DNA from: an uncultured bacterium
GTDB lineage: Bacteria > Patescibacteriota > Dojkabacteria > J137
Direction of reading: 5' to 3'
DNA length: 64,000 nucleotides
Assembly: GCA_963700155.1 (NCBI GenBank)
Contig: OY969472.1
Coordinates: 381,511-445,510, forward strand
Part shown: positions 19,431 through 30,312 of the stretch, one piece after another
How positions within the stretch are numbered: the first letter of the stretch is position 1
Layout: every line of letters begins with the position of its first letter
Position numbers and translations under genes: made by a program
Notes under the pieces: generated by a model
What the model was told of the DNA's origin: nothing
What the model saw: only the letters and a program-made list of their open reading frames with translations
Database searches by the model: none

Positions 19431-20303
19431 ATGTTCAAACGTCGAATGAGTAATCAGCCATACAACATAAAATTCTCACAAAACTTTATTAAATCTGAGC
19501 AACTTTCAGAAGAAATTGTAGGTCTAGCTGGTATTTCTAATGAAGAATTAGTAATAGAAATCGGTCCTGGACAAGGAGCATTAACTGAATTTATTGTTTC
19601 TACTGGCGCAAAGGTAATAGCAGTAGAAAAAGATGAAGAACTGGCTGAAAATCTAAAAAAAATTTACCAAGATAAAAACATTGAAATAGTTAAAAAAGAT
19701 TTTTTAGATTTTCAGCTTCCAAACAGAAGCTATAAAGTTATTGGTAACATTCCCTTTGCGCTAACAACCAGAATCATAAATAGAATTTTGAATTATGAAA
19801 ATCCACCGGAATTGACATTGTTAATTATGCAGAAAGAAGCAGCACTAAGATTCATTGAGAATAATCTTATTTCTTTGAAATACAAACCATGGTTTAAATT
19901 TAAAATTATTAAATATTTTAGACCTGAAGATTTCAAGCCAAGACCTAGTGTACTTCCAGTTTTATTAAAGATATCAAAAAGAGAATTTCCTTTGATTGAA
20001 TTTAAAGAAAGAGAAAATTATTTAGCATTTATCACTTTTTGTTTTCTTAATTCTAAATTTTGGCTTAGGTCTTCTTTAAGAAAGATATTTTCATTTAGGC
20101 AGTTGGCAATTATTTCTCAGAAATATAATGTTAAAAAGAAACCATCTGAACTAGGTTTGGAACAATGGATAAGCCTATTTAATGAGTATCAGAAGTATGC
20201 AGTTGCTGAGAAGAAAAATCTAGTTGAAAATTTCTTAGGGGATTACAAAAATTCAAGAAAACCTAATAAAGAAATTTTCAGAACAAGAGCTATTTACAAA
20301 TAA
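19431..20303 (+). CDS. Erm-family 23S rRNA adenine N6-methyltransferase
   Basis: NIKFSQNFI (ErmC-like rather than KsgA GQNFL), EIGPGQG, GNIPF, FKPRPSV, EQWISLFNEY. Confidence 0.8.
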   Translation: MFKRRMSNQPYNIKFSQNFIKSEQLSEEIVGLAGISNEELVIEIGPGQGALTEFIVSTGAKVIAVEKDEELAENLKKIYQDKNIEIVKKDFLDFQLPNRSYKVIGNIPFALTTRIINRILNYENPPELTLLIMQKEAALRFIENNLISLKYKPWFKFKIIKYFRPEDFKPRPSVLPVLLKISKREFPLIEFKERENYLAFITFCFLNSKFWLRSSLRKIFSFRQLAIISQKYNVKKKPSELGLEQWISLFNEYQKYAVAEKKNLVENFLGDYKNSRKPNKEIFRTRAIYK

Positions 20304-20328
20304 GATTTAGCTATAGTATTCTCCACTT

Positions 20329-20880
20329 ATGAATTTTTTACCAGACGGAAATCAAAACAATTTAGATCCTGAAATGCTTCCAGAAGGAAGGTTACGAACA
20401 TTGTTTGAAGATGGTGCAGTTGCTTTCGATTTAATACTTGAAGAATTACAGAAGATAGAACTGTCTGATGGCCAGTTAGATTTAGTTAAAAAAGGAGTTG
20501 TGAATAAAATAGTAGAAATCTTAAGACATGGTAATTTTTCAGACTTAAGAGGTATAAAAGAATTACTTAATACATTAAAAATCTCAACTCTCGATTTAAA
20601 TAAAGAAGCAATAGACTTTTTGTTAACTTGGTCAAATTATCTTACCTTTTTTGATATTTCAAGAATAGGACTAGCTCAAACTGATCCTGATAAACCGAAC
20701 ATTGAATGCGTTCGACAAATCATTCAATCCAAACTCCCAGAAGGTGAAATTGCTAGTGATGAACTTATAGCACAAATTATTAATGCAAGGCATATATTTT
20801 TGCTCTTAAAAGAAAGAAGAATAAACAACATTCAAAGTAATAATCTCATTAGAATATTAACTGAAGGTTATGAAAATTAG
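20329..20880 (+). CDS. Hypothetical protein
   Basis: 183-aa ORF. Confidence 0.55.
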   Translation: MNFLPDGNQNNLDPEMLPEGRLRTLFEDGAVAFDLILEELQKIELSDGQLDLVKKGVVNKIVEILRHGNFSDLRGIKELLNTLKISTLDLNKEAIDFLLTWSNYLTFFDISRIGLAQTDPDKPNIECVRQIIQSKLPEGEIASDELIAQIINARHIFLLLKERRINNIQSNNLIRILTEGYEN

Positions 20881-21375
20881 TTAAATAATTTCACCTACCC
20901 CTATTGAATTATAAGCAAGAAAAATCATTTTTTCTCCTAATTTTGAATACAATTGAGAAACTTCAGCTTGAGACAATTTAACATCTCGCCCTCCAATATC
21001 TTCAAGTAAAGTGGTCAATTTTTTAGCAGCTTCTGGGTCATCTAGATCATACAAGCTAAAGCTATGCTTTAGGAGAAGATTCGGAGCCCGATTCATTAGA
21101 TAGAAGGCTAATCCAATTTTATATCCTAAAGAATCTTCATCCTGACTGTATAGCATTTCCCAAGGATCAGCGTCTCCTGCCACAGCTCTTACAGTTGAAG
21201 CAATAAATCCACCCATATCTCCCGAAATTTCAAGCTCACGAAATTTAGAAACTACCAATTCAGCATAATCATCTAAATGAGTTCGCTGGGCGTCAATTCC
21301 TTTATCTATAGTAGAAGTTAGAAATAATTGAGAATTCATAAAAAAGAGAAAAACAATTATAAAAAATTCTAACAC
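20881..21375 (-). CDS. Hypothetical protein
   Basis: ORF convergent with the previous gene; start uncertain. Confidence 0.5.
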   Translation of the reverse strand: MLEFFIIVFLFFMNSQLFLTSTIDKGIDAQRTHLDDYAELVVSKFRELEISGDMGGFIASTVRAVAGDADPWEMLYSQDEDSLGYKIGLAFYLMNRAPNLLLKHSFSLYDLDDPEAAKKLTTLLEDIGGRDVKLSQAEVSQLYSKLGEKMIFLAYNSIGVGEII

Positions 21376-21389
21376 AAAATTGCTTAGAC

Positions 21390-22778
21390 CTAATCTATTT
21401 GTATTAAATATACTCTTTCATCAATCTTATAAGGCACATTTGAATTTTTAAAATCTTCAGGGTATAAATTATAAAGCGATTCTCCCCAGTCTTTGCTCCA
21501 AACATAAATTCCTTTATCACCTCTGCTCCATTGAGGTTCAAAACTCAACATCGCACTATCTAAATTTCTTTCTGAATAGTAAATTGTTTCAGGTCTATCA
21601 GCATATAAAAATTCATCTGTAGGAACATTCTGATTAATCCACTCACCGGCTATTTTAAAATCAGAATTATCCTCAACCCAGCTTTTTTGAAATATAACTC
21701 CACCTAAATGCAAATACAAAAATATAATTTGAGCTGCAAATAAAGAAATCAAAAGTAAATTCCGAAAATTCGTTTTTGAAACCATCCATATTACTCCGTA
21801 ACTTGAAACAATTATCATAAAGGGTAAAACACCGACAAAATATCTCATAAGACCGGCTGAACCTAACATGCCAAACTTCCATAAAATTGCTTCAATTATT
21901 AAGAAGCCGGAGAACAGAACCCAGATATACATTAGAAATCTGTAGTAGAATCTGTTCTCCGGCTTCTTCCGCAAGAAATATATAGTTCCTAAGATAAAAA
22001 GCGATCCGATAATAAATTCACCTAGAGCAAACTGTTTTGGATAAGACAAAATACTTCCATAACCATAGACTCCTCGTTCAGCAGGATATCCGGCTTGAAA
22101 GATGTAAAGAATTAAACCTGTGTTCAAGAAACCTAATAAATTCCAAATGAATACTGGAATAACACTTGTTAGCCATTGCAGAGAAATCTTTGGAGAAAGA
22201 TTTCTCTGCTCAAATAACATCCATAAATCATAAATTACTACAAAATAAAGTCCCTCTATTCTTCCAAGAACTGATAATCCAACAAACAGACTTCCTAACA
22301 AATACTTTTTATTCAAAGCAAAATATGCAGAAAGTACCAGCATTAGACTGAAAAGCTGGTCTGTCAAAGCTGAAGTAGATGAAATAAATAAGGTTAAGCC
22401 AAATGAAGAAAATATAATCGAAAGTAAAGCAACTTTAAAATTTCCAAAAAGTTTTAGAACTATTTTATAAACAATAAAACTGATCAATAAAGATATACAA
22501 ATATTAAAAATTTGTACAAATAAAATATCTTTTATATTAAAAAGTTGAACGAGTAATCCAAATGTATAGGCATATAATGGCTTTGTCCACACTCCAAGAC
22601 CAAGAATTAAATTATTCGGGAAATTGCTAAAAACAGTTCTCAACTCCAGAAAATGCATAAAACTGTCAGGCTCCCAATCAGAATTATTAAAACTAATCGC
22701 AGTTACTATCTTAATAATAAAAATAAAACAAAGGATAAGAATTAATAATTTCTTTTTATCTATTTTAGAAAAATCCAT
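21390..22778 (-). CDS. Multi-TM GT-C-like (ArnT/PMT-like) glycosyltransferase
   Basis: WEPDS acidic first loop, about 11 TM segments, LGRIEG, MRYF. Confidence 0.7.
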   Translation of the reverse strand: MDFSKIDKKKLLILILCFIFIIKIVTAISFNNSDWEPDSFMHFLELRTVFSNFPNNLILGLGVWTKPLYAYTFGLLVQLFNIKDILFVQIFNICISLLISFIVYKIVLKLFGNFKVALLSIIFSSFGLTLFISSTSALTDQLFSLMLVLSAYFALNKKYLLGSLFVGLSVLGRIEGLYFVVIYDLWMLFEQRNLSPKISLQWLTSVIPVFIWNLLGFLNTGLILYIFQAGYPAERGVYGYGSILSYPKQFALGEFIIGSLFILGTIYFLRKKPENRFYYRFLMYIWVLFSGFLIIEAILWKFGMLGSAGLMRYFVGVLPFMIIVSSYGVIWMVSKTNFRNLLLISLFAAQIIFLYLHLGGVIFQKSWVEDNSDFKIAGEWINQNVPTDEFLYADRPETIYYSERNLDSAMLSFEPQWSRGDKGIYVWSKDWGESLYNLYPEDFKNSNVPYKIDERVYLIQID

Positions 22779-22856
22779 ATTGCATGAATTATATTTGAAA
22801 CTGCTATACTTTTCAAAAGCTTAACAGTAAAATTAAAACGCATTAATACAAGAATT

Positions 22857-23285
22857 ATGGTTCAGAAAATTAAAAATATTGTTTTATCAAAAGAGTTCCA
22901 GAAATTTTTTGTCGTTGGCGGAATCGCATTCCTTCTCGACTTTGGGATTTTAACCTTTGAAGTTTATATTCTAAATTTTCAGCTCACACTATTTGAAGTA
23001 GTTTTCATTCCTAACGTAATTTCAGCTACAGTTGCAATAGTTTTTGGATTCTTTGCTCAAAGACAATGGGCTTTTAAAGAGCGAAACAAAGATAAAGCTT
23101 TTAAAGAAATGAGTAAGTACATTTTGGTTCAGCTTTTCAATCTTGTCGTATTCAACTCTATTATTTTCGGAATAATTTTAAATTTCGGAGTAATTGTTCC
23201 AATTTCAAAAATTTTAGTTGTTGGAATGCAAACCATTACAAGTTATGTGCTTTATAAATACTTTGTTTTTAAAAATGTTAAGTAA
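22857..23285 (+). CDS. GtrA-family lipid-P-sugar flippase
   Basis: KFFVVGG, four TM segments, WAF and YFVF motifs. Confidence 0.88.
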   Translation: MVQKIKNIVLSKEFQKFFVVGGIAFLLDFGILTFEVYILNFQLTLFEVVFIPNVISATVAIVFGFFAQRQWAFKERNKDKAFKEMSKYILVQLFNLVVFNSIIFGIILNFGVIVPISKILVVGMQTITSYVLYKYFVFKNVK

Positions 23286-23353
23286 TTATAAAACTATACT
23301 TTTATTTTTCTTCACAGTAAAATGTTTTGCATTTAATTATTTAGAATATTTTT

Positions 23354-24082
23354 ATGAAGCTGAGTATTGTTATTCCTGCATATAATGAGGAAAAGACTTT
23401 AGAAGAGCTGGTAAAGCGAGTTTTTGAATTAACTTTGCCTCAGAACTTTGAGAAAGAAATTATTATTGTTAATGATGGTTCAAAAGATTCAACTTGGGAG
23501 ATAATTCAAAAACTCGCCCAAGAGAACACTGAAGTTGTACCACTAAATAATCCTCATAATATGGGGAAATCCCAAACTGTAAGGAATGGATTATTAAAAA
23601 CAACTGGAGACTATGTTGTTATTCAAGATGCAGATTTAGAATATGAACCTAAAGAGATTTTAGATTTGTTAAATCTGGCATTAGAAAATGATCTAGATGT
23701 TGTTTATGGTAATCGCTTCGGTAAAAAAAATGAAGTTATTTACTGGCAAAATTATATTGGTAATAAGTCTCTTTCAGCATTTTCTAATCTTTTCACTTTT
23801 CCTAGGATTAAAGTATGGATTCCTGATATGGAAGTTTGCTATAAATTAATAAAAGGTAATGTAATAAGAGAAATTGCAGAAGGGATCGTTTCTAAAAGTA
23901 CTTTTGGTCTTGAACCTGAAATCACTGCAAAGCTTTCTAAATATAAACTAAATGGTAAACATTTAAAATTTGGAATTGTGCCAATCAGCTACTACCCAAG
24001 ATCCATTGCTGAAGGGAAAAAGATGAATGCTGTAAAAGATGGAATGAAAGCCCTAAGAGAAATTATTACTTATAATCTTTAA
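23354..24082 (+). CDS. Polyprenol-phosphate glycosyltransferase (DPM/GtrB-like GT2)
   Basis: IPAYNEE, NDGSKD, QDADLEY, DMEVCYK, EPEITAK. Confidence 0.92.
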   Translation: MKLSIVIPAYNEEKTLEELVKRVFELTLPQNFEKEIIIVNDGSKDSTWEIIQKLAQENTEVVPLNNPHNMGKSQTVRNGLLKTTGDYVVIQDADLEYEPKEILDLLNLALENDLDVVYGNRFGKKNEVIYWQNYIGNKSLSAFSNLFTFPRIKVWIPDMEVCYKLIKGNVIREIAEGIVSKSTFGLEPEITAKLSKYKLNGKHLKFGIVPISYYPRSIAEGKKMNAVKDGMKALREIITYNL

Positions 24083-24145
24083 CTTCTTTCAATTTTAATA
24101 AATTATTCCCAAAGATAAATAAAGTAGTACTACTGAAAAACTTTG

Positions 24146-25603
24146 TTATACGAGGTTTGATGATGGAGTTTTGCAATTTTCACTTTTAATAAGATGTAAT
24201 TTATCAATATCCACATTATTTTTAATTAAAACAATAGATCTGATTACATACATATACAAATCTTTATTCTTATCAATACAAATGGAATTATTCTCCTTAG
24301 AATAGTTTAAATCAACATACTCTGCATAATATGTGTATCGACTAGTATCATATTTAAACTCCTCGGAGTTTTTAAAATAGTTATAAAATATTGGATTAAT
24401 ATCCATAATTAAATTAACAAACTCTGGTCTACTTTTTATATAAGTTTCAATTTTATTTTCCTGAGAGAAATAATCGATCTCCAAATAATAATTATGTACT
24501 ACTGGTAATTCCCTTTTAACCAATGAGTTACTAAGAGGAAGAAAAGTCGGATAGAAAGCTATTAATATAAATATCAATTTATAATTTAGATGAACTTTAA
24601 TTTCATTAAAGAACCAAGCGAAAATAGGAATAATCCAAGGAATAAAATACAACATAAACCTTCGATCATTCCAATTATAAAAAATTACCCAAAATATGAA
24701 GTTCACAGTAAGTCCTGCAATAAAAAACAGAAGTAGCTTATTTTGGAAGACTTTCTTTAAATTCCATATAATATAAACAATCAAAACTAAAATTAGGAAA
24801 CTAAACAAACTGACTGCAACTAACCCATAGAAGAATATTGAATCTAAATTAGGTACTAACAGACCAAACTGCTCTACTTTACTATAAAGAAAGTTCCCAG
24901 TAACTAGAAATTTATACAAATGCCAAGGTAAAACGGCTAGGAAAAAAATTATTAAAGGTACAAATAAAAGTATTACTGTATTAATTTTATTCTTTATAGT
25001 CCTAAAACTTCTTAAGTACTCTCTGTTCTTATATAAGTAAGCTACTAGCCAGATTGGTAAAAGAAAGTATGCAAAGTTTTGAAAAAGTACTGAAACTCCT
25101 AACCATAAAAAAGCAAGTTTGTATTTTTTTACTAAAAGATAGTAAAGTGAAATCGTAATAAATCCGATTGCATAGTAATCTGCAAGAATATCATTTGCTC
25201 CTAAATTAAACCCATAGTTAAAAAATAACAGAGCTACTAATAGTAATGATATAAACCTGGTACTAAAAAGTCTACAAATCTTATATATAAATAACAATAT
25301 TAAAAAGAATATAAACTGATTAATTAACGGTAAGAGAAATAATAAATTTAGACCATTAAGCAGTTTAATGATTAATGGTAATCCAGGATTTCTAAAAGTG
25401 ATTGAGTTATTAAGAAAAAGTTGTAAGCCATTCGCAATCCAATCATATGAATCTGAAGACATAAATTTATATGTATTCAAAAAGTCACCAGTATTTGTAA
25501 TTAGGAAATATTTAATTATTAAAAGGAGTGCAAGGAACGCAAAAAATATTTTTACTGTTCTATCTTGTTTACTAAATATTTTATTTTTAATTGTATTCAG
25601 CAT
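24146..25603 (-). CDS. Multi-TM GT-C-like glycosyltransferase
   Basis: SSDSYDW loop, RNPGLP, DRRFMLY; many TM segments. Confidence 0.65.
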   Translation of the reverse strand: MLNTIKNKIFSKQDRTVKIFFAFLALLLIIKYFLITNTGDFLNTYKFMSSDSYDWIANGLQLFLNNSITFRNPGLPLIIKLLNGLNLLFLLPLINQFIFFLILLFIYKICRLFSTRFISLLLVALLFFNYGFNLGANDILADYYAIGFITISLYYLLVKKYKLAFLWLGVSVLFQNFAYFLLPIWLVAYLYKNREYLRSFRTIKNKINTVILLFVPLIIFFLAVLPWHLYKFLVTGNFLYSKVEQFGLLVPNLDSIFFYGLVAVSLFSFLILVLIVYIIWNLKKVFQNKLLLFFIAGLTVNFIFWVIFYNWNDRRFMLYFIPWIIPIFAWFFNEIKVHLNYKLIFILIAFYPTFLPLSNSLVKRELPVVHNYYLEIDYFSQENKIETYIKSRPEFVNLIMDINPIFYNYFKNSEEFKYDTSRYTYYAEYVDLNYSKENNSICIDKNKDLYMYVIRSIVLIKNNVDIDKLHLIKSENCKTPSSNLV

Positions 25604-25616
25604 AGTTATATTCTAT

Positions 25617-26567
25617 TTATTTTTTGCTATATTGCAACTCCTTTTGCCTTTCTAGAGTATCTTCTAAAAGTCTACGATTTACAGAAATCAACTCAGCAAT
25701 AATACCAAGAGAAACAAGCTGAACTCCAACAACGAATGATACGGCACCTAATATAATTGACTGAACATGACCATCACCTTGACCCAATGAAAAGAAATAT
25801 AGGAATCTACCTATTGCAAATACTGCTACTATAAAGAAAACTAAAGACAAGTATAAAAATGTTTTAAAGGGTTCATAAATTGCAAACATTCTCAAAACAT
25901 TAAATCCAGATTTCTTAACTTTAGTAAATAAGTTTTTAATTAGTCTAGATTGTCTAGTCTTTGGATTCACATCAATTGGTATCCATGCAATGTCTAATCC
26001 TTTTTTACTAGCTTGAACAACGGTATCCACCGTATAGGTATAATTAGTCACAACATTAATTTTAAGCATTGCTTCTCTCGAATATGCTCTAAAACCGCTT
26101 ACTGCATCCTTTACTTTACTACCTGATGCCATTTGTGTAACTTTAGTCCCAAAATATTGAAGAATCTTTTTCAAGATAGAAAATTCTTTTATCTTTGAAG
26201 TTTGTCTATCACCTATAACGATTTCTGCTTTACCTTCAAGAATTGGTTTTACTAAATCCTTGATTCTCTCAGATGGATATTGATTATCACCATCAGTATT
26301 TACAAGTATATCTGCTCCATTCTTTAGAGCGTTATCCATACCTAATTTAAAGGCTCTACCCAACCACCTTCTATTTTCCCCTCTATATCGAACGATGTAC
26401 TTTACTCCTAACTTCTTGGCAATTTTAATAGTCTTATCCGTTGATCCATCATCGATAATCTGATATTCAATTTCATCTATGCCTTCAATTTCCCTCGGCA
26501 TGTTTTTAAATACCAAGTGTAAGGTTTCTTCTTCATTAAAACAAGGGATTTGAATTATTAATTTCAT
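25617..26567 (-). CDS. GT2 polyprenol-P glycosyltransferase with two C-terminal TM helices
   Basis: IPCFNEE, DDGSTD, TDGDNQY, DAVSGFRA. Confidence 0.92.
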   Translation of the reverse strand: MKLIIQIPCFNEEETLHLVFKNMPREIEGIDEIEYQIIDDGSTDKTIKIAKKLGVKYIVRYRGENRRWLGRAFKLGMDNALKNGADILVNTDGDNQYPSERIKDLVKPILEGKAEIVIGDRQTSKIKEFSILKKILQYFGTKVTQMASGSKVKDAVSGFRAYSREAMLKINVVTNYTYTVDTVVQASKKGLDIAWIPIDVNPKTRQSRLIKNLFTKVKKSGFNVLRMFAIYEPFKTFLYLSLVFFIVAVFAIGRFLYFFSLGQGDGHVQSIILGAVSFVVGVQLVSLGIIAELISVNRRLLEDTLERQKELQYSKK

Positions 26568-26585
26568 TTTTATTCAATATTATAA

Positions 26586-27347
26586 TTAAGTTCCCTTAAT
26601 CATTCCAATCACAAGATATCCCTCAGCAAGGTTAAAATTATTAAATAATCTAGAGATCCAAATGAAAGGAACTAATGTATGTTCATTTAAAATATTCTTA
26701 AATATACTTTTAATTCCAATCATATTTAGTCCACTATCTTTGCTCAACACTTCTTTTTTTTTGTTTCTTTTTGTTTCTAAAAGCTTTTTTGATCTATTCT
26801 CTCTGAAGTATCTTAAAATATTTGTAAATGGATAGCCATAAGATATTATTTTTATTATTTCAATATTTCGAGAATTGAGAAGCTTAATTATATCTTCCAT
26901 ATCATATCTTCTATAATGCCCAACTAATTTATCACTATAACTATATAGTTTTTTTTTCGCTGGAACAGAAATAATAATATATTTAGTGGAATGGTCCACC
27001 AATTCCTTAAATGCAGCTTCATGATCTTTAATATGCTCTAATACTTCTAAAGAAAGTACAAGATCATATTTCTTTTTTAATTTTTTGATATCCCCAACAT
27101 TAAATTCAATTTTATTATCTTGAATTAATAATTCTTTTTTCCTTTGATTTGCAACTTCAATTGCCTTTTCAGAAAAGTCAATTCCTTCTCCTGTTAATCC
27201 TAATTTAATCAACGAACAAGCTATATCACCCGCTCCACAACCTGCATCGAGAAAAGTTTTTATACCATGTAATTTTTTTACTTCATATATCAAATTAAAT
27301 TTTCTAAAAATATAACGAGGGGGAGGAAACCATTTATTACTACTCAT
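26586..27347 (-). CDS. Class I SAM methyltransferase
   Basis: LDAGCGAG, EVLEHI, GHYRRY. Confidence 0.9.
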   Translation of the reverse strand: MSSNKWFPPPRYIFRKFNLIYEVKKLHGIKTFLDAGCGAGDIACSLIKLGLTGEGIDFSEKAIEVANQRKKELLIQDNKIEFNVGDIKKLKKKYDLVLSLEVLEHIKDHEAAFKELVDHSTKYIIISVPAKKKLYSYSDKLVGHYRRYDMEDIIKLLNSRNIEIIKIISYGYPFTNILRYFRENRSKKLLETKRNKKKEVLSKDSGLNMIGIKSIFKNILNEHTLVPFIWISRLFNNFNLAEGYLVIGMIKGT

Positions 27348-27438
27348 AAGCGATAATTATAAACTAAATAATACTATCAATTACGTGATTAATTATATAA
27401 AATCCGATAGTATTATAGCTAATTTATGAATAATTTAG

Positions 27439-28545
27439 TTGAATTTAAAGAATAATATGAATTTATCAATTTTATATATTGCTTCTAGAGAAAGATCATA
27501 TACTCGCAATGAGAAAATGATAAATGCACTTAAAAGTTTTTGTGATTTAAAAGTCATTTGTCTAGAAGATTCTGTTACTACTGGTGGAGAAGCCAAATTA
27601 AGATATCTACTAAGAATTTTCAAAGTTCTAATCAATTATTATTTCACTTTAATAAAAAACTATAGAAAATATGACATTCTATTCATTGGCTTCTCCGCTC
27701 AATTATTATTTCCATTTGTTCGTCCATTTTGGAGAAAAAAAGTAGTGACAGATTTATATGTATCACTTTATGACACATTATGTTTTGATAAAAAATTATT
27801 AAAGCCTAATTCTATTAAAGGTAGGCTAGTTAAATGGTTAGATAAAATTTGTATTAATGGCTCAGATATAATATTAATGGATACTAATGAACATGCTAAA
27901 TATATTGAAACAACTTTTAAAACGCCCCCAGGCAAAGTTAAGAGTGTTTTTGTGGGATCAAGACTAGTGAACAGTTCATATAATTTTAAAAAACAAGACA
28001 CTTTTCATATTGTATTTACAGGTTCATATATTCCACTTCAGGGGACTACCATAATTATTGAAGCAGCAAAACTTATTAAAGATTTAAATATTAAAATAAC
28101 AATGGTTGGACAAGGGCAGGAATATCCAAAAGCACATGAGTTAGCAGCTAAATACGAACTTAAAAATGTGGAGTTTATAGGTTGGGTATCTTTTATAGAA
28201 CTTGATAAATGGATCTCTACTACGGATCTTATACTAGGAATTTTTGGTGATACTAATAAAGCTAAAAGAGTAATTCCTAATAAAATATTCGAGCCAGCAT
28301 CAATCGGTAAGCCCATACTAACTGGAGATTCCCCAGCAATAAGGGAAATATTCACTCCAGATAAAGATATACTAGTAACTAGAATGAACGACCCAGAAGC
28401 GTTAGCCGAAAAAATCAGATGGGCTTTTAATAATAAAAACAAACTTGTAAAAATTGGTCACAATGGGAATGAGTCTTTTCAGAAGTATGCTTCAGACGAA
28501 AAGATTTCAAATAGATTAGAAATTATTATTAATAATCTTAGATAA
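27439..28545 (+). CDS. GT4 glycosyltransferase
   Basis: GSYIPLQG, LGIFG, VIPNKIFE. Confidence 0.9.
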   Translation: MNLKNNMNLSILYIASRERSYTRNEKMINALKSFCDLKVICLEDSVTTGGEAKLRYLLRIFKVLINYYFTLIKNYRKYDILFIGFSAQLLFPFVRPFWRKKVVTDLYVSLYDTLCFDKKLLKPNSIKGRLVKWLDKICINGSDIILMDTNEHAKYIETTFKTPPGKVKSVFVGSRLVNSSYNFKKQDTFHIVFTGSYIPLQGTTIIIEAAKLIKDLNIKITMVGQGQEYPKAHELAAKYELKNVEFIGWVSFIELDKWISTTDLILGIFGDTNKAKRVIPNKIFEPASIGKPILTGDSPAIREIFTPDKDILVTRMNDPEALAEKIRWAFNNKNKLVKIGHNGNESFQKYASDEKISNRLEIIINNLR

Positions 28546-28549
28546 ACAT

Positions 28550-29512
28550 ATGAAAAGATATATTGGTGCTTTAATCACAATTTTCTTCTTAGTATTATTT
28601 CTTGTATACTTTTTTAAAAACTTGGATTCCTTCAGTTTTATTAAAAATATTCCTCCTTCTAATACAATTGGAATAGCTTTATTAGATATTTTGATCATTT
28701 TCATCAATGGCTTTCTTTATAAATATATCTTGAAAGAATTTAACGTCCTTATTGGTCACTTTGAAAGTTTCTATTTAGCTATAATCACATTTCTTGGAAA
28801 TTACTTTATACCTATGAGAGGAGGTGCTGGTATTAGGGCAATATATCTTAAAAAAAACTTTAAGTTACATTATTCATATTTCGTTTCAATACTTTCTGGG
28901 AATTATATTATTACATTTCTAATACTATCAGTTATAGCTTTATTTTCTTTAGTAATGATACAAATAGAAACAGGTGTTTTCTCGATAACATTATATGTTT
29001 TCTTTTCATTAATACTTATTTTTTCAATATATTTAATCCAAAACAAAATAAAGACTAATAAACTAAGGTTAAAAGAGCGCTTATCAGGAAGACATAACTT
29101 AATTGATAGATTTCTTAAAATATTATCTGATATATCATATGGTTTTAATTCTATTAAAAATAGCCGGAAACTATTATTTTTATTAATAACTCTAACGTTA
29201 CTAAATACTCTTCTAACATTAGTGGTTTCATTTTTAGAATTTAAAGTAATTAATATTGACTTAAATCTTATTAATCTATTTTTATATACATGCTTATCAG
29301 GGATTTCTTTATTAGTAAGTATAACTCCAGGTTCTATCGGAATAAGAGAGTCGATATTTATAATCTTTTCAAGTACAATTGGGATTACTAATAGTCAAGT
29401 TTTACAAGTAGCTTTAGTAGATAGAGGAATATTATATTTAACACTTGTATTACTTTTTGTAATAACTAAATTATTAAATTATTTTAAGCGAAATAATTAT
29501 GAAACTTCTTAA
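28550..29512 (+). CDS. UPF0104/LPG-synthase-TM-like flippase membrane protein
   Basis: NYFIPMRGG, ITPGSIGIRE, DRG. Confidence 0.82.
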   Translation: MKRYIGALITIFFLVLFLVYFFKNLDSFSFIKNIPPSNTIGIALLDILIIFINGFLYKYILKEFNVLIGHFESFYLAIITFLGNYFIPMRGGAGIRAIYLKKNFKLHYSYFVSILSGNYIITFLILSVIALFSLVMIQIETGVFSITLYVFFSLILIFSIYLIQNKIKTNKLRLKERLSGRHNLIDRFLKILSDISYGFNSIKNSRKLLFLLITLTLLNTLLTLVVSFLEFKVINIDLNLINLFLYTCLSGISLLVSITPGSIGIRESIFIIFSSTIGITNSQVLQVALVDRGILYLTLVLLFVITKLLNYFKRNNYETS

Positions 29513-30299
29513 AACTGGGGAGAGAGTTATACCTTCTGAATATAAATCAACAGAAGATTATTTAATTTACCTAAGACATGTTTTTGCCTATAATTTTGCC
29601 TCAGGAAAGGTAAAAACCACAGATTATGGAATAGATATTGGATGTGGTGAAGGCTATGGTACCGATATACTCTCAGATAAAGTCTCAAAAATTGTTGGAC
29701 TAGATGTTGATGAGGATACTATACAACATGCTAAAAAAATACATGAGAATGCTAATATTGATTTTCAAAAATATGGAGGTAAAATTATTCCTTTTGAAGA
29801 TAATACTTTTGACTTTGCCGTCTCCTTTCAAGTAATTGAGCATATACCTCATGATGAATTATATATTTCAGAAGTGTACAGAGTCTTGAAAAATGGTGGG
29901 ATTTTTATACTTACTACACCTAATAAAACAAACAGGCTTAAACCTGGTCAAAAACCATGGAATAAATATCATATAAGAGAATATTACCCTAATGAGTTAA
30001 AAGATATTTTACTCAAACATTTTGATAGTGTTGAAATATTAGGTGTCTTTGGGAAGAAGGATATTCATGAGATCGAACTTAATAGGATTATTAAAAATCA
30101 AAAGTTAGCTACAATGGACCCTTTGAATCTTCGTAGGTTTATTCCAGAAATGCTTAAAATCCAAATTCTTAACTTCGTACGAAAAGATAACAAAAAATTA
30201 GGATCCATAACAAATAGGAAATTTAATATTGATGATATATATACAAAAGGAGAAGAAGTTAATCAATCTTTAGATCTACTTGGAATATGTACTAAGTGA
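29499..30299 (+). CDS. Class I SAM methyltransferase
   Basis: TGERVIP, DIGCGEGYG, FQVIEH, TTPN, HIREY. Confidence 0.9.
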   Translation: MKLLKTGERVIPSEYKSTEDYLIYLRHVFAYNFASGKVKTTDYGIDIGCGEGYGTDILSDKVSKIVGLDVDEDTIQHAKKIHENANIDFQKYGGKIIPFEDNTFDFAVSFQVIEHIPHDELYISEVYRVLKNGGIFILTTPNKTNRLKPGQKPWNKYHIREYYPNELKDILLKHFDSVEILGVFGKKDIHEIELNRIIKNQKLATMDPLNLRRFIPEMLKIQILNFVRKDNKKLGSITNRKFNIDDIYTKGEEVNQSLDLLGICTK

Positions 30300-30312
30300 A
30301 AATATTTAACTA

